Assembly: GCA_001750625.1 (NCBI GenBank)
Contig: MEIE01000005.1
Location: forward strand, 1 to 47,075
Source of the DNA: Candidatus Amphirhobacter heronislandensis
GTDB taxonomy: Bacteria; Pseudomonadota; Gammaproteobacteria; Tethybacterales; Tethybacteraceae
Length of the DNA: 47,075 nt
Reading direction: 5' to 3'
Of this stretch, positions 10,939 to 22,831 are shown one piece after another. The notes under the pieces were generated by a model. That model ran no database searches and had not been told where the DNA came from. It worked only from the letters and a program-made list of their open reading frames with translations. The position numbers were made by a program, and so were the translations under genes. Each line of letters opens with the position of its first letter. The first letter of the stretch is position 1.

Positions 10939-11841
10939 CAGCAGCTCGCGGCAGCGCGCCACGTCCGCCGCGATCGCCTCTTGCAGCTCGGGCAGGCCGG
11001 CGTACTTTTCCTCCGGCCGCAGGAAGAAGCGCGGCTCGACCTGCAGCAGCTCGCCGTAAAAATCAGGCCCCGCGTAGTCCAGCAGATGGGCCTCGACCGC
11101 CAGGCGGCCGCCGGGGACCGTCGGCCTCACGCCCACGCTGAGGGCGGCCGCCCAGCTCCGGTCCCCCAGCCGCGCCGTCGCGGCGTAGATGCCGCGCAGC
11201 GGCGGCGAGCCGTTGAAAAAGACGTTCGCGGTGGCAAAGCCCAGCTCGCGGCCCAGCCGGTCGCCATGGCCGACTCTGCCGCCAAAACAGTATCTTCGGC
11301 CCAGCAGCTCGGCGGCGCGGTCAAGCTCGTTGGCCTGCAGCGCGGCGCGGACCAGCTTGCTCGCGACCCGGTCGGGCCCGGCGGCGACGTCCTTGACGAC
11401 CAGCAGCTCGAAGCCCAGTTCAGGCGCCAGCGTCCGCAGCATGTCGGCGTCGCCGCGCCGGCCCTGGCCGAAGCGGAAGTCCTCGCCGGCGACCAGGGCG
11501 CGCATGCCGAGCCGCTCGCGCAGCAGCCGCACGAACTCCTCGGCCGGCAGGGAAGCGAAGGCCCGCGTGAAGGCCATGACGTTGAGCTGCTCGATTCCGG
11601 CGGCGGCGAGCAGCGCCGCCTTGGTGCGCAGGTCGATCAGGCGGGCGGGCGTCCTTGCGGGCGCGAGCAGCGCCAGCGGATGCGGCTCGAAGCTCAGCGC
11701 GGCCGGGCACAGATCCGCGGCGGCGGCGGCCTCAAGCAGCCGGCCCAGGATGCCCTGGTGGCCCCGGTGGACGCCGTCGAAATTGCCGATGGCGAGGGCG
11801 GCCGGCCGCGGCGGCGGCGCCCAGTTTGCTCGGATTCTCAT
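10921..11841 (-). CDS. ribF: bifunctional riboflavin kinase/FAD synthetase
   Basis: IGNFDGVHRGHQ, GEDFRFG, GRELGFATAN, EAHLLD. Confidence 0.95.
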   Translation of the reverse strand: MRIRANWAPPPRPAALAIGNFDGVHRGHQGILGRLLEAAAAADLCPAALSFEPHPLALLAPARTPARLIDLRTKAALLAAAGIEQLNVMAFTRAFASLPAEEFVRLLRERLGMRALVAGEDFRFGQGRRGDADMLRTLAPELGFELLVVKDVAAGPDRVASKLVRAALQANELDRAAELLGRRYCFGGRVGHGDRLGRELGFATANVFFNGSPPLRGIYAATARLGDRSWAAALSVGVRPTVPGGRLAVEAHLLDYAGPDFYGELLQVEPRFFLRPEEKYAGLPELQEAIAADVARCRELLSAAAP

Positions 11842-11900
11842 CTGCTAGAATTGGCATTATAGTCTTCGCCCCCGCGAAAATCCCAAAGGAACAAGCAAGC

Positions 11901-12514
11901 ATGGCCCTGACATTCAACGACCTGCCCTACGGCTACGACGCCCTCGAGCCGCACATCGACGCGCGGACGATGGAGATCCACTACGACCGCCACCACCGGA
12001 CCTACTTCACCAAGATGCAGGACGCGCTCGCGGGCACCGGCCTCAAGGACAGCGACGACATCGCCGCGGTCCTCGCCCAGGCCGGCAAGCTCGGCCCCGC
12101 GGTCCGCAACAACGCCGGCGGCTACTACAACCACAACCTGTTCTGGGCCTGCATGGCCAAGGACGGCGGCGGCGACCCCGAGGGCGATCTCGGCGCGGCG
12201 GTGGCCGAGGCCTTCGGCAGCGCCGACAAGCTGCGCGAGGAAATGAACGCCGCCGGCGTCGCGCGCTTTGGCTCGGGCTTCGCCTGGCTCATCCTCAAAG
12301 ACGGCGCCCTCAAGGTCGTCTCGACCCCGAACCAGGACAACCCGCTGATGGACGCCGTCCCGGACGAGGCCAAGGGCATCCCGCTGCTGTGCATCGACGT
12401 CTGGGAGCACGCCTACTACCTCAAGTACCAGAACAAGCGCCCGGACTACCTGGCGGCGTTCTGGAACGTCGTGGACTGGAAAGCCGTGGCCGCGCGCTAC
12501 GACGCCGCCAAGGC

Positions 12515-12518
<4 letters not shown>
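11901..12518 (+). CDS. sodA: superoxide dismutase, Mn-type signature
   Basis: LPYGYDALEPHID, NNAGGYYNH, TPNQD (Mn-type Gln), DVWEHAYY; ATG at 11901. Confidence 0.9.
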
Positions 12519-15365
<2,847 letters not shown>

Positions 15366-15373
<8 letters not shown>

Positions 15374-15749
15374 CGAGGCTCGCCTGGTACGTCTCCAGGT
15401 CCATGAAGTCGGCCTTGGGCTGGACCGCTTCGTTGGCCCGGATCTCGAACAGCCAGCCCTGGTCCTCGGGCGACTGGTTGACCAGCTCGGGCGCCGCCTC
15501 GAGGCGGTTGTTGACGGCGACGACCAGGCCGGCGATCGGCGCGAACACGTCGCTGGCGGTCTTGACCGATTCGATCACCGCGCAGGCCTCGCCGGCCTTG
15601 ACCTCCCGGTTGACCGCCGGCAGCTCGATCATGACGGCGTCGCCGAGCTCCTGCTGGGCGAAGTCGGTGATGCCGATGCGCCAGACCCCGACGCCGGCCT
15701 CGTACATCCACTCGTGCTCCTGGGTGTACCACTTGGTGGGCTCGCTCAT
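15366..15749 (-). CDS. gcvH: glycine cleavage H protein
   Basis: GITDFAQQELGD, lipoyl-Lys motif ESVKTASD. Confidence 0.96.
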
Positions 15750-15775
15750 TTTCCTTTCTCCTTTTTTTTGGTTGA

Positions 15776-16891
15776 TTATTTAGCGGAAACAGACTTTTGG
15801 CTGAAATACCTGTGAGGAACAAAAGGCAGCTCGCGCAGGCGGCAGGGCAGCTCGCGGCCCCGGACCACGGCGGCGTAACTGGCGGCCGGATCGATGCGTT
15901 CGCTGGCGAGCCGCGCCAGGGCGATGGGCTGGCCCAGGTTGGGCGAGAAGCAGCCGCTGGTGACCTTGCCGACTTCCTCGCCATCGAGCTGGACGGGGGC
16001 GCCGGCGCGCGCCGGCGTCCGTCCCTCGAGGACGAGGCCGACCAGGCGCTCCGGGCAGCCATGCTCGTTCTCGGCCGCAAAGCGCTCGGCGCCGATGAAG
16101 GCCGGCTCGGCGCGCAGGGCGGGCGGCACCAGCCACTGCAGGCCGGCGGCGCAGATGCTGGTCCGCTCGTCCAGGTCCTGGCCGTACAGGCACAGGCCGG
16201 CCTCGAGGCGCAGGACGTCGCGGGCGCCAAGCCCGGCGGGGGCGCAGGCTTCGGCGGCGAGCAGCGCGCGGGCGAGCGGCACCGCCTGCGCGCCGGCGAC
16301 CGAGAACTCGAAGCCGTCCTCGCCGGTGTAGCCGCAGCGCATGACGCGGACCGGCTTCCCGGCGTGCTCGAGCCAGGCGCTGCCCATGAAGCCCAGCTCC
16401 GCGGCGGCGGGAAACAGCCCGGCGCAGACCGCGGCGGCCCGCGGCCCCTGCAGCGCCAGCAGCGCGCGGTTCTCGAGCCGCGTCCACTCGCAGTCGGGCC
16501 CGATGGCGGCGGCGGCGTGGCTTGCGACCGCCGCGGCGCGGCTGGCGTTGCTGACCACGTGGTAGTCGCTGGCGCCGTCGCAGCTGACGATGAGGTCGTC
16601 GATGATGCCGCCGTCGGCCGCGCACATGACGCTGTACCTGCCGCGGCCGGGCTTGAGGGCGGCGGGCCGCAGCGGCAGCAGGCGGCCGAGCGCGGCCGCG
16701 GCGCCAGGGCCCCGCAGGGCGAACTGCGCCATGTGGGAGACGTCGAACAGGCCGCAGGCCTCGCGGACCTGGCGGTGCTCGGCGAGCGTCCCGGCGAAGC
16801 TCAGCGGCAGGCTCCAGCCGGCGAAGTCGGTCAGGCGGGCGCCGAGCTCGCGGTGCAGCGGCTCAAGCGGCGTGGGCTGGCTGGCGATCAT
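15776..16891 (-). CDS. gcvT: glycine cleavage T protein (aminomethyltransferase)
   Basis: GLFDVSHM, GYTGEDGFE, GLGARDVLRLEAGLCLYG. Confidence 0.96.
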   Translation of the reverse strand: MIASQPTPLEPLHRELGARLTDFAGWSLPLSFAGTLAEHRQVREACGLFDVSHMAQFALRGPGAAAALGRLLPLRPAALKPGRGRYSVMCAADGGIIDDLIVSCDGASDYHVVSNASRAAAVASHAAAAIGPDCEWTRLENRALLALQGPRAAAVCAGLFPAAAELGFMGSAWLEHAGKPVRVMRCGYTGEDGFEFSVAGAQAVPLARALLAAEACAPAGLGARDVLRLEAGLCLYGQDLDERTSICAAGLQWLVPPALRAEPAFIGAERFAAENEHGCPERLVGLVLEGRTPARAGAPVQLDGEEVGKVTSGCFSPNLGQPIALARLASERIDPAASYAAVVRGRELPCRLRELPFVPHRYFSQKSVSAK

Positions 16892-16930
16892 CTGGTCATA
16901 TGCGGCGCTGGCTTGCTAGCCAAGGCCCCA

Positions 16931-17103
16931 TCTGTCCCGCTACCTGAGAGTTTCGCGCCTGACCGGCGTTTCCTCCTTCGGTGAACGCGCCGTCGCCGCC
17001 GCGTTGCTCTCCAGATAATCCCAAGATCCCACAGTTCGTTCGCCTGAGAGTTTCCGAGGCAGTTGCTCCTTCGGCCAGGCCGTCCCACCGGCCCGTCTCC
17101 TGC
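16931..17103 (-). ncRNA. tandem glycine riboswitch (two aptamers)
   Basis: Minus strand reads GCAGGAGA...GCCGAAGGAGCAA...GAAACTCTCAGGC, then TCTGGAGAG...CACCGAAGGAG...GAAACTCTCAGGT...GGACAGA; both match the glycine aptamer core and lie directly upstream of gcvT. Confidence 0.93.
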
Positions 17104-17123
17104 ACGATCGACGGATTGCCCCT

Positions 17124-17156
17124 ATTCTAAGCCCCGCCGCCGCCAGCAGTTAGAAT
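17124..17156. promoter_or_regulatory. divergent -10 hexamers for the gcv riboswitch leader (TAGAAT, minus, 17124-17129) and xseB (TAGAAT, plus, 17151-17156)
   Basis: Near-consensus -10 boxes in otherwise GC-rich intergenic DNA. Confidence 0.55.
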
Positions 17157-17166
17157 CGCAGCCGCG

Positions 17167-17391
17167 ATGGCGAAGGAGGCGCGGACCAAGAAGGCGGCGG
17201 AAAAGGCGCCGAGTTTCGAAGAGGCGCTCGCCGAGATTGAAGACAGCGTCGCCGCGATCGAGGCCGGCGAACTGCCCCTGGACGAGGTCATCAAGCGCTT
17301 CAAGTCCTGTTCGACGCTGATCGCCCAGTGCAAGGACATGCTCAAGGAAGTCCAGCAGCAGATCGATATTCTTGACGGCAAAGACAAGTAG
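17167..17391 (+). CDS. xseB: exodeoxyribonuclease VII small subunit
   Basis: SFEEALAEIE..V..IEAGELPLDE; upstream of ispA. Confidence 0.9.
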   Translation: MAKEARTKKAAEKAPSFEEALAEIEDSVAAIEAGELPLDEVIKRFKSCSTLIAQCKDMLKEVQQQIDILDGKDK

Positions 17392-17429
17392 AGTTCCGGC
17401 GGTCCGACGCCGGCCGGCGACGCGCCCCG

Positions 17430-18284
17430 ATGGCCGATGACGGCGGCTGGCGGCGCTGGCGGCGCCAGGCCGCGCGGGACGTCGACGAAGAGCTGCGCGC
17501 CCTGCTGCCGCGGGACCGCTCCTTGCTGGCCCAGAGCATGCGCTACGCGACCCTGCGCGCCGGCAAGCGGCTGCGGCCGCTGCTGTACCTCGCCACCGCC
17601 GCCGACCTCGGCGCGCCCCGGCCCGACCTGCGCCTCGCCTGCGCGCTGGAGCTGGTCCACTCCTACTCGCTGATCCACGACGACCTGCCCTGCATGGACG
17701 ACGACCGCATGCGCCGCGGCCAGCCCGCCTGCCACGTGCGCTTCGGCGAGGGCATGGCGCTGCTCGCCGGCGACGCGCTGCTCACCCTCGCCTTCGCCGC
17801 CGCGAGCGCGACCGGCAACGCCGCCGACGCGGCGCTGCTCGCCGCCGCCGCCGGCCACGACGGCATGGTCAAGGGCCAGGCGCTGGACATCGCCGACGCG
17901 GCGGGCACCCTGCCCAAGCTGCGCGCGATGCACCAGCTCAAGACCGGCCGCCTGATCGAGGCGGCGTTCATGCTCGGCGCAGCCGCCGCCCGCGCCCGCG
18001 CCGCCCGCCGCGCCCAGGTCCAGCGGCTCGCGAGCGCCTTCGGCGTCTGCTTCCAGATCGCCAACGACATCAAGGACCGGACCGGGACGCTCAAAGACAC
18101 TGGCAAGCGCCCTGGCGGCGACCGCAAGCGGGGCCGGCGGACCTACGTGACGGTGCTCGGCCTCGGCCAGGCCGAAGAACGCTACCGGGCGGAGCGCGCC
18201 GTCCTGCAGGACGAGCTCGCGAAGCTGCCGGCCGGCGGCCAGCGCCTGGCGCAGCTGAGCGCGGCGCTGCTGCCCGCCGCCTGA
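17430..18284 (+). CDS. ispA: farnesyl diphosphate synthase / polyprenyl synthetase
   Basis: GKRLRP, SLIHDDLPCMDDDRMRRG, GQALD, KTG; second Asp-rich motif reads NDIKD. Confidence 0.9.
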   Translation: MADDGGWRRWRRQAARDVDEELRALLPRDRSLLAQSMRYATLRAGKRLRPLLYLATAADLGAPRPDLRLACALELVHSYSLIHDDLPCMDDDRMRRGQPACHVRFGEGMALLAGDALLTLAFAAASATGNAADAALLAAAAGHDGMVKGQALDIADAAGTLPKLRAMHQLKTGRLIEAAFMLGAAAARARAARRAQVQRLASAFGVCFQIANDIKDRTGTLKDTGKRPGGDRKRGRRTYVTVLGLGQAEERYRAERAVLQDELAKLPAGGQRLAQLSAALLPAA

Positions 18285-18289
18285 ACGCG

Positions 18290-19537
18290 ATGAAAAAGAC
18301 CTACACGCTGCGCGAGCTGGGGCTGGACGAGGCCATGCTGGCCTCCGAGCACGCCCGGCCAAGCGTTGAGATCGTCAAAAAACTGCAGCAGAGGAAACAC
18401 GAGAGCTACATCGTCGGCGGCGCGGTCCGCGACCTGCTGCTCGGCATCAGCCCCAAGGACTACGACGTCGCGACCAGCGCCACCCCCGAGGAGATCCGCC
18501 GCATCTTCCGCCGCGGCGCGCGCATCATCGGCCGCCGCTTCCGGCTCGTGCACGTCCGCCAGGGCCGCGCCATGGTCGAGGTCAGCACCTTCCGCCGCCG
18601 CACGCCCAAGGCCGAGACCGAGACCGTCGGCGGCCTGCAGGCGGACAACACCTACGGCAGCCCGGCGCAGGACGCCCTGCGCCGCGACATGACGATCAAC
18701 GCCCTGATGCTCGATCCGGTCGCCAAGACCGTCATCGACCACGTCCGCGGCATCGACGACATCCGCGACCGGCTGCTGCGGGTGATCGGCGACCCCGCGA
18801 CCCGCTACGACGAGGACCCGGTGCGGATGATCCGCATCCTGCGGCTCGCGGCGAAGCTCAACTGCGAGGTCGAGCCCGCGGCGCTGCGCGCGATCGCCCC
18901 CGCGGCCGACAAGCTCGAGGTGATCTCATCCTCGCGGCTGTTCGAGGAGTTCAAGAAGACGGTCAATTCGGGCGCCGCCTACAAGGCCTTCGAGCTGATG
19001 CGCAAGAACAAGCTCATGCACGCCGCGATGCCCGACGGCGAGAAGCTGCGCCGCGAGCAGCTGCAGTTCGTCCGGGACGCGCTGCGCTCCAACGACGAGA
19101 AGTTCAACGGCGGCGGCCGCAACTCGCTGTCGGTGCTGCTGGCCTGCATGTACTGGTCGCTCGTCGCGCCGCGCTGGCGCGAGGCCTGCGCCGGCGGCGA
19201 GGAAAGCACCGACCTGCTGTACGAGATGGCGGCCGAGGCGGGCCTCAACCGCAACCAGTGGGTCACGCGGATGGTCAAGAGCCATATCATGAACATCTGG
19301 GAGTACCAGTACCGCTTCGAGCGGATCATCAAGGACGGCCGCAAGGTGCGCTTCCGGCCGGACAGCTACGAGGTGAAAAAGGCGCTGGAGCTGTTCGAGC
19401 TGCGGGTCCGGCACGGCGAGGTCCCGGCCGAGGACAAGGCGACGCTGGACCAGGCCCTTGCCGTGGACGCGGCGGACGTCCCGCGGAAGCGGCCGCGGCG
19501 CCGCCGGCCCCGCCGCCGGGCCGCCGCCGCCGAATGA
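18290..19537 (+). CDS. pcnB: poly(A) polymerase I
   Basis: VGGAVRDLLLG..PKDYD, PAP signature IIGRRFRLVHV, RRDMTIN, EDPVRMIR, Arg-rich tail. Confidence 0.9.
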   Translation: MKKTYTLRELGLDEAMLASEHARPSVEIVKKLQQRKHESYIVGGAVRDLLLGISPKDYDVATSATPEEIRRIFRRGARIIGRRFRLVHVRQGRAMVEVSTFRRRTPKAETETVGGLQADNTYGSPAQDALRRDMTINALMLDPVAKTVIDHVRGIDDIRDRLLRVIGDPATRYDEDPVRMIRILRLAAKLNCEVEPAALRAIAPAADKLEVISSSRLFEEFKKTVNSGAAYKAFELMRKNKLMHAAMPDGEKLRREQLQFVRDALRSNDEKFNGGGRNSLSVLLACMYWSLVAPRWREACAGGEESTDLLYEMAAEAGLNRNQWVTRMVKSHIMNIWEYQYRFERIIKDGRKVRFRPDSYEVKKALELFELRVRHGEVPAEDKATLDQALAVDAADVPRKRPRRRRPRRRAAAAE

Positions 19538-20226
19538 GCGGCGCGCTGGCGATCGACTGCACCTTCGGGGGCTTCAGCGCCGCGGTCGCCGGCCCAGGCG
19601 GAATCATCGACGAGCATCATCCGGACGTCCACGCCAGCGAAGGCCTGATCGACTGCGTCGACCGCCTGCTGCGCGACGCCGGGCTGGAGCTGGCCGGCCT
19701 CGACTTCCTCGCCTGCGGCGTCGGCCCGGGCAATTTCACCGGCATCCGCACCGCCTGCGGGACGGTCCAGGGATTTGGCTTCGTCCATAAGCTGCCGGCC
19801 GCCGGCATCGTCTCCACCCTCGCCCTCGCCCGCGCCAGCGGCTGCCAGCGGCGCTGCGCCGTCGCCTGCCGCGCCCACCGCGGCCACTGCTACCTCGCAA
19901 GCTACGAGGCCGAAGACGGCGAGCTGCGCGAGCGCGACGCCCCCGCCCTGCACGCCCTCGACGGCCTCCCGCCGCTCGAAGGCGACTGGGAGCTGTGCCT
20001 GCACGGCCGGATGAAGGACGAGCGGAAGGCCTTCGTAGCCGCCGTCACCGGCGCGGCGACGCTGGCCGACTGCCACGAGGGCTCGCTGGCGCCCACCGTG
20101 CTGGAGCTGGGCAGGCAGGAGCGGGAACGCGACGAGCTGGTGGACGTGCGGGCGCTCAAGCCGCTGTACGTGCGCAACAAGATCGCGCTGACCAAGGAAG
20201 AGCATCGGGCGGGCATGCGGCTGTGA
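19534..20226 (+). CDS. tsaB: tRNA threonylcarbamoyladenosine biosynthesis protein TsaB
   Basis: LAIDCT, GVGPGNFTGIR, PLYVR; ATG overlapping the pcnB stop. Confidence 0.9.
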   Translation: MSGALAIDCTFGGFSAAVAGPGGIIDEHHPDVHASEGLIDCVDRLLRDAGLELAGLDFLACGVGPGNFTGIRTACGTVQGFGFVHKLPAAGIVSTLALARASGCQRRCAVACRAHRGHCYLASYEAEDGELRERDAPALHALDGLPPLEGDWELCLHGRMKDERKAFVAAVTGAATLADCHEGSLAPTVLELGRQERERDELVDVRALKPLYVRNKIALTKEEHRAGMRL

Positions 20227-21009
20227 AGCGCAAGGACTACGAAGCGCTAGGCCTAGGAGTCTGGCACGACTGGGCGCGGCGGCTGCATGCGCCAGCCCCT
20301 GCTCCCGCTCCGACCCCGGCGGCGGTACCCGCCAAGCCTGCGGCCGCGGCGAAGGAGGCTGACCCCAGACCCGCCGCGGCGCCACCCAAGCCTGCGCCCA
20401 AGTCCACGCAGGCCAAGCCTGCCAAAGCAGCCAAGCCGGCCGCGAAGAAGGCGGACGCTCCCGCCCGCTCCACCGTGACCCTGCAGCCGCTGGCGGATCT
20501 TGAAGCCGAGGTGAAGCAGTGCGTCAAATGCGGGCTGAGCAAGGGCCGCACCAACACGGTCTTCGCGCGGGGCAAGAGCGTGACCAATGCGGTGATGTTC
20601 ATCGGCGAGGGGCCGGGCGAAGAGGAAGACCAGCAGGGCCTGCCCTTCGTCGGCCGCGGCGGCAAACTGCTCGACGCCATGATCGATGCCCTGCCGAAAC
20701 TGCAGGAGAAGGACGTCTACATCGCGAACATGGTCAAGTGCCGACCGCCGAACAACCGCGATCCTGAACCTGAGGAGCTGGCGGCCTGCCGTCCCTACCT
20801 CGACCGGCAGATCGAGCTGATCCAGCCGGAGGTGATCGTCACGGTCGGCAAGGTGGCCGCGAACAACCTGCTGGGTGCGCGGCGTGGTGCACGAGCACCG
20901 TGGCTGCAAGGTGATCTGCATGTACCACCCGGCCTACCTGCTGCGGGCGCCGATGCAGAAGCGCCAAGCTTGGAACGATCTGCTTTTTCTAGGCAAGCAA
21001 CTTTCCTAG
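20223..21009 (+). pseudogene. family-4 (Fe-S) uracil-DNA glycosylase, frameshifted near 20874
   Basis: [30 protein letters not shown] in the first frame; the essential MYHPAYLLR motif and a normal C-terminus (stop 21007-21009) lie in the +1 frame. Could be an assembly error. Confidence 0.8.
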
Positions 21010-21028
21010 CCCCTCTCAAGAGATCCGC

Positions 21029-21067
21029 ATGATCTAATAGTGTATAATGTTAGATCATATTGATCTA
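21029..21067. promoter_or_regulatory. palindromic operator-like array around a TATAAT box upstream of the DUF262 gene
   Basis: ATGATCTAA(21029-37)-N12-TTAGATCAT(21050-58) enclosing TATAAT (21043-48), plus TAGATCA-TAT-TGATCTA (21051-67). Confidence 0.55.
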
Positions 21068-21084
21068 TTGGGGGATTTGGCGCC

Positions 21085-22791
21085 ATGGACATTAAGAGCA
21101 ACGACACCGTCAGCTTGGAAAAAATTCTCAATCTGGGCACCCTTCATGTGCCTAAGTTTCAGCGCGATTATTCTTGGAGCAAGACCGAATGGAAGGAGCT
21201 CTGGGAAGACATAGACGACACATTCAGCACTTCCATGCAGATTGATCACCACTACATGGGCTATATGGTTCTGCAAGAGCATGCACCCGAAGCCGACGAG
21301 CACTTCGACATAATCGACGGTCAGCAACGCATAACCACTCTCTCCCTTCTTCTGCTTGCAGCCGTCCAGCATATCAAGGACATGGCACCTTCTAGCGAAA
21401 GAATAACTCTCCTCTTTGAAGCTTGCATAGGAAGCAAAAGCCCCACTACCCTCGAAATCACCAATAGACTGATTCTCAACAAACACAATAATCCGATTTA
21501 CTCAGAGTTGCTCAAACTAGATGGCGGACCGAACCGCAAAGAGATGATTGGGTCCAATCGACTTCTTTGCGGGGCCTTCGACTTTTTCAAAGAAATGATT
21601 GGCAAAAAATGCACCGGCGGTGAAAATGATTTTGCCGAGCTGGCGGGCGGCATCCTAAAAAACCTTCACTTCACATACATAACCGCAAGCAGGGATACAA
21701 ATATATATAAAATTTATCAGACGCTAAATGCTCGCGGCCTTGAACTATCAATTAGCGACTTGCTTAAAAACCATCTATTCACAACTATAGACAGCAAAGA
21801 AGGCCTGGGAGAAAAGCAAATAGATGATCTTCAGGATAGGTGGCGAGATATTGAAGACAATGTCAAAGCGGCCAATCTTGCAAAATTCATATCCTTGGAG
21901 TGGAACAGGCGCAATGAATTTTGCCGTAAGAAAGAGTTGTTCCAAAAGATAAGCAACGAACTTGACACTTCCCAAAGCGTTCATAGATATCTACGCACGT
22001 TAGATGGGAGCAGCAAAATGTACGCTCAATTACTCAAGTATGATCCTGATTACTGGAACAAAAGATGTCGAAAAATCACAGGTGAGATTCGAGCATGCCT
22101 TCGCTGCCTCAACGCCTTAGGAATCAAAAGTCCGCATGGACTATTGTTGACCGCCCTTCAAGAAATGTCGGATGAAGCCGAGCGCCTAAAGTCTATTCTT
22201 CGAATAATTACAGCGATTTCGGTTCGCTATAACTGCATATGCCAGAAACAAGCAAATATACAGGAGCAAACATACAGCAAAATTGCCAACGCCATTTCTC
22301 GAAGAAAATTTAAATTCGATGACAGAACTAAACAAATGTTTCAGGACATGTATCCTTCAGACAAAGAGTTTGAGGCCGCCTTTGCAGAAGTAGAATTTAA
22401 CTCTGCCCTCAAGCCTAAGTACCTCCTAATGTCCCTAGAAAACAATATAAACACAAGGGATATGATAGGCAAAAGCAAGGTGACCTTGGAACATATACTG
22501 CCTAAGAAGCCAAGCAACGAGTGGAAAAAAGATTTTCCCGGCAAGATTCATGAAAACTATATCCACAGATTAGGGAACATGACTTTGCTTCCCGAAAAGC
22601 CCAACAAAGAGCTTCGCAACAAACCTTTTAAGGAAAAGAAAAAAGAATTTAAAAAATCCTCAGTATTGCTGACTAAAACACATGTAAGCAAATATTCTGT
22701 TTGGAATCCGAAAAACATTGATAAGCATCAGCGATTTCTTGCCAAGTCCGCGCTTAAGGTCTGGTTCATCAACTGGGATTCGATCAAATGA
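21085..22791 (+). CDS. DUF262 + C-terminal HNH (DUF1524) protein, GmrSD/SspE-like restriction nuclease
   Basis: VPKFQRDYSW, IIDGQQRITT, TLNARG, TLEHILP...RLGNMTLL..N; much more AT-rich than flanking genes. Confidence 0.85.
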   Translation: MDIKSNDTVSLEKILNLGTLHVPKFQRDYSWSKTEWKELWEDIDDTFSTSMQIDHHYMGYMVLQEHAPEADEHFDIIDGQQRITTLSLLLLAAVQHIKDMAPSSERITLLFEACIGSKSPTTLEITNRLILNKHNNPIYSELLKLDGGPNRKEMIGSNRLLCGAFDFFKEMIGKKCTGGENDFAELAGGILKNLHFTYITASRDTNIYKIYQTLNARGLELSISDLLKNHLFTTIDSKEGLGEKQIDDLQDRWRDIEDNVKAANLAKFISLEWNRRNEFCRKKELFQKISNELDTSQSVHRYLRTLDGSSKMYAQLLKYDPDYWNKRCRKITGEIRACLRCLNALGIKSPHGLLLTALQEMSDEAERLKSILRIITAISVRYNCICQKQANIQEQTYSKIANAISRRKFKFDDRTKQMFQDMYPSDKEFEAAFAEVEFNSALKPKYLLMSLENNINTRDMIGKSKVTLEHILPKKPSNEWKKDFPGKIHENYIHRLGNMTLLPEKPNKELRNKPFKEKKKEFKKSSVLLTKTHVSKYSVWNPKNIDKHQRFLAKSALKVWFINWDSIK

Positions 22792-22831
22792 AATCTTGGA
22801 AACATTTTCCTAAAGCATGCGGTCGCTTTCT

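Noticed and set aside
21028-21055. dif-like site (TAATGTTAGAT matches the XerD arm TTATGTTAAAT at 9 of 11)
   Set aside because: The XerC arm and 6-bp spacing do not fit, so it is reported only as a palindrome.
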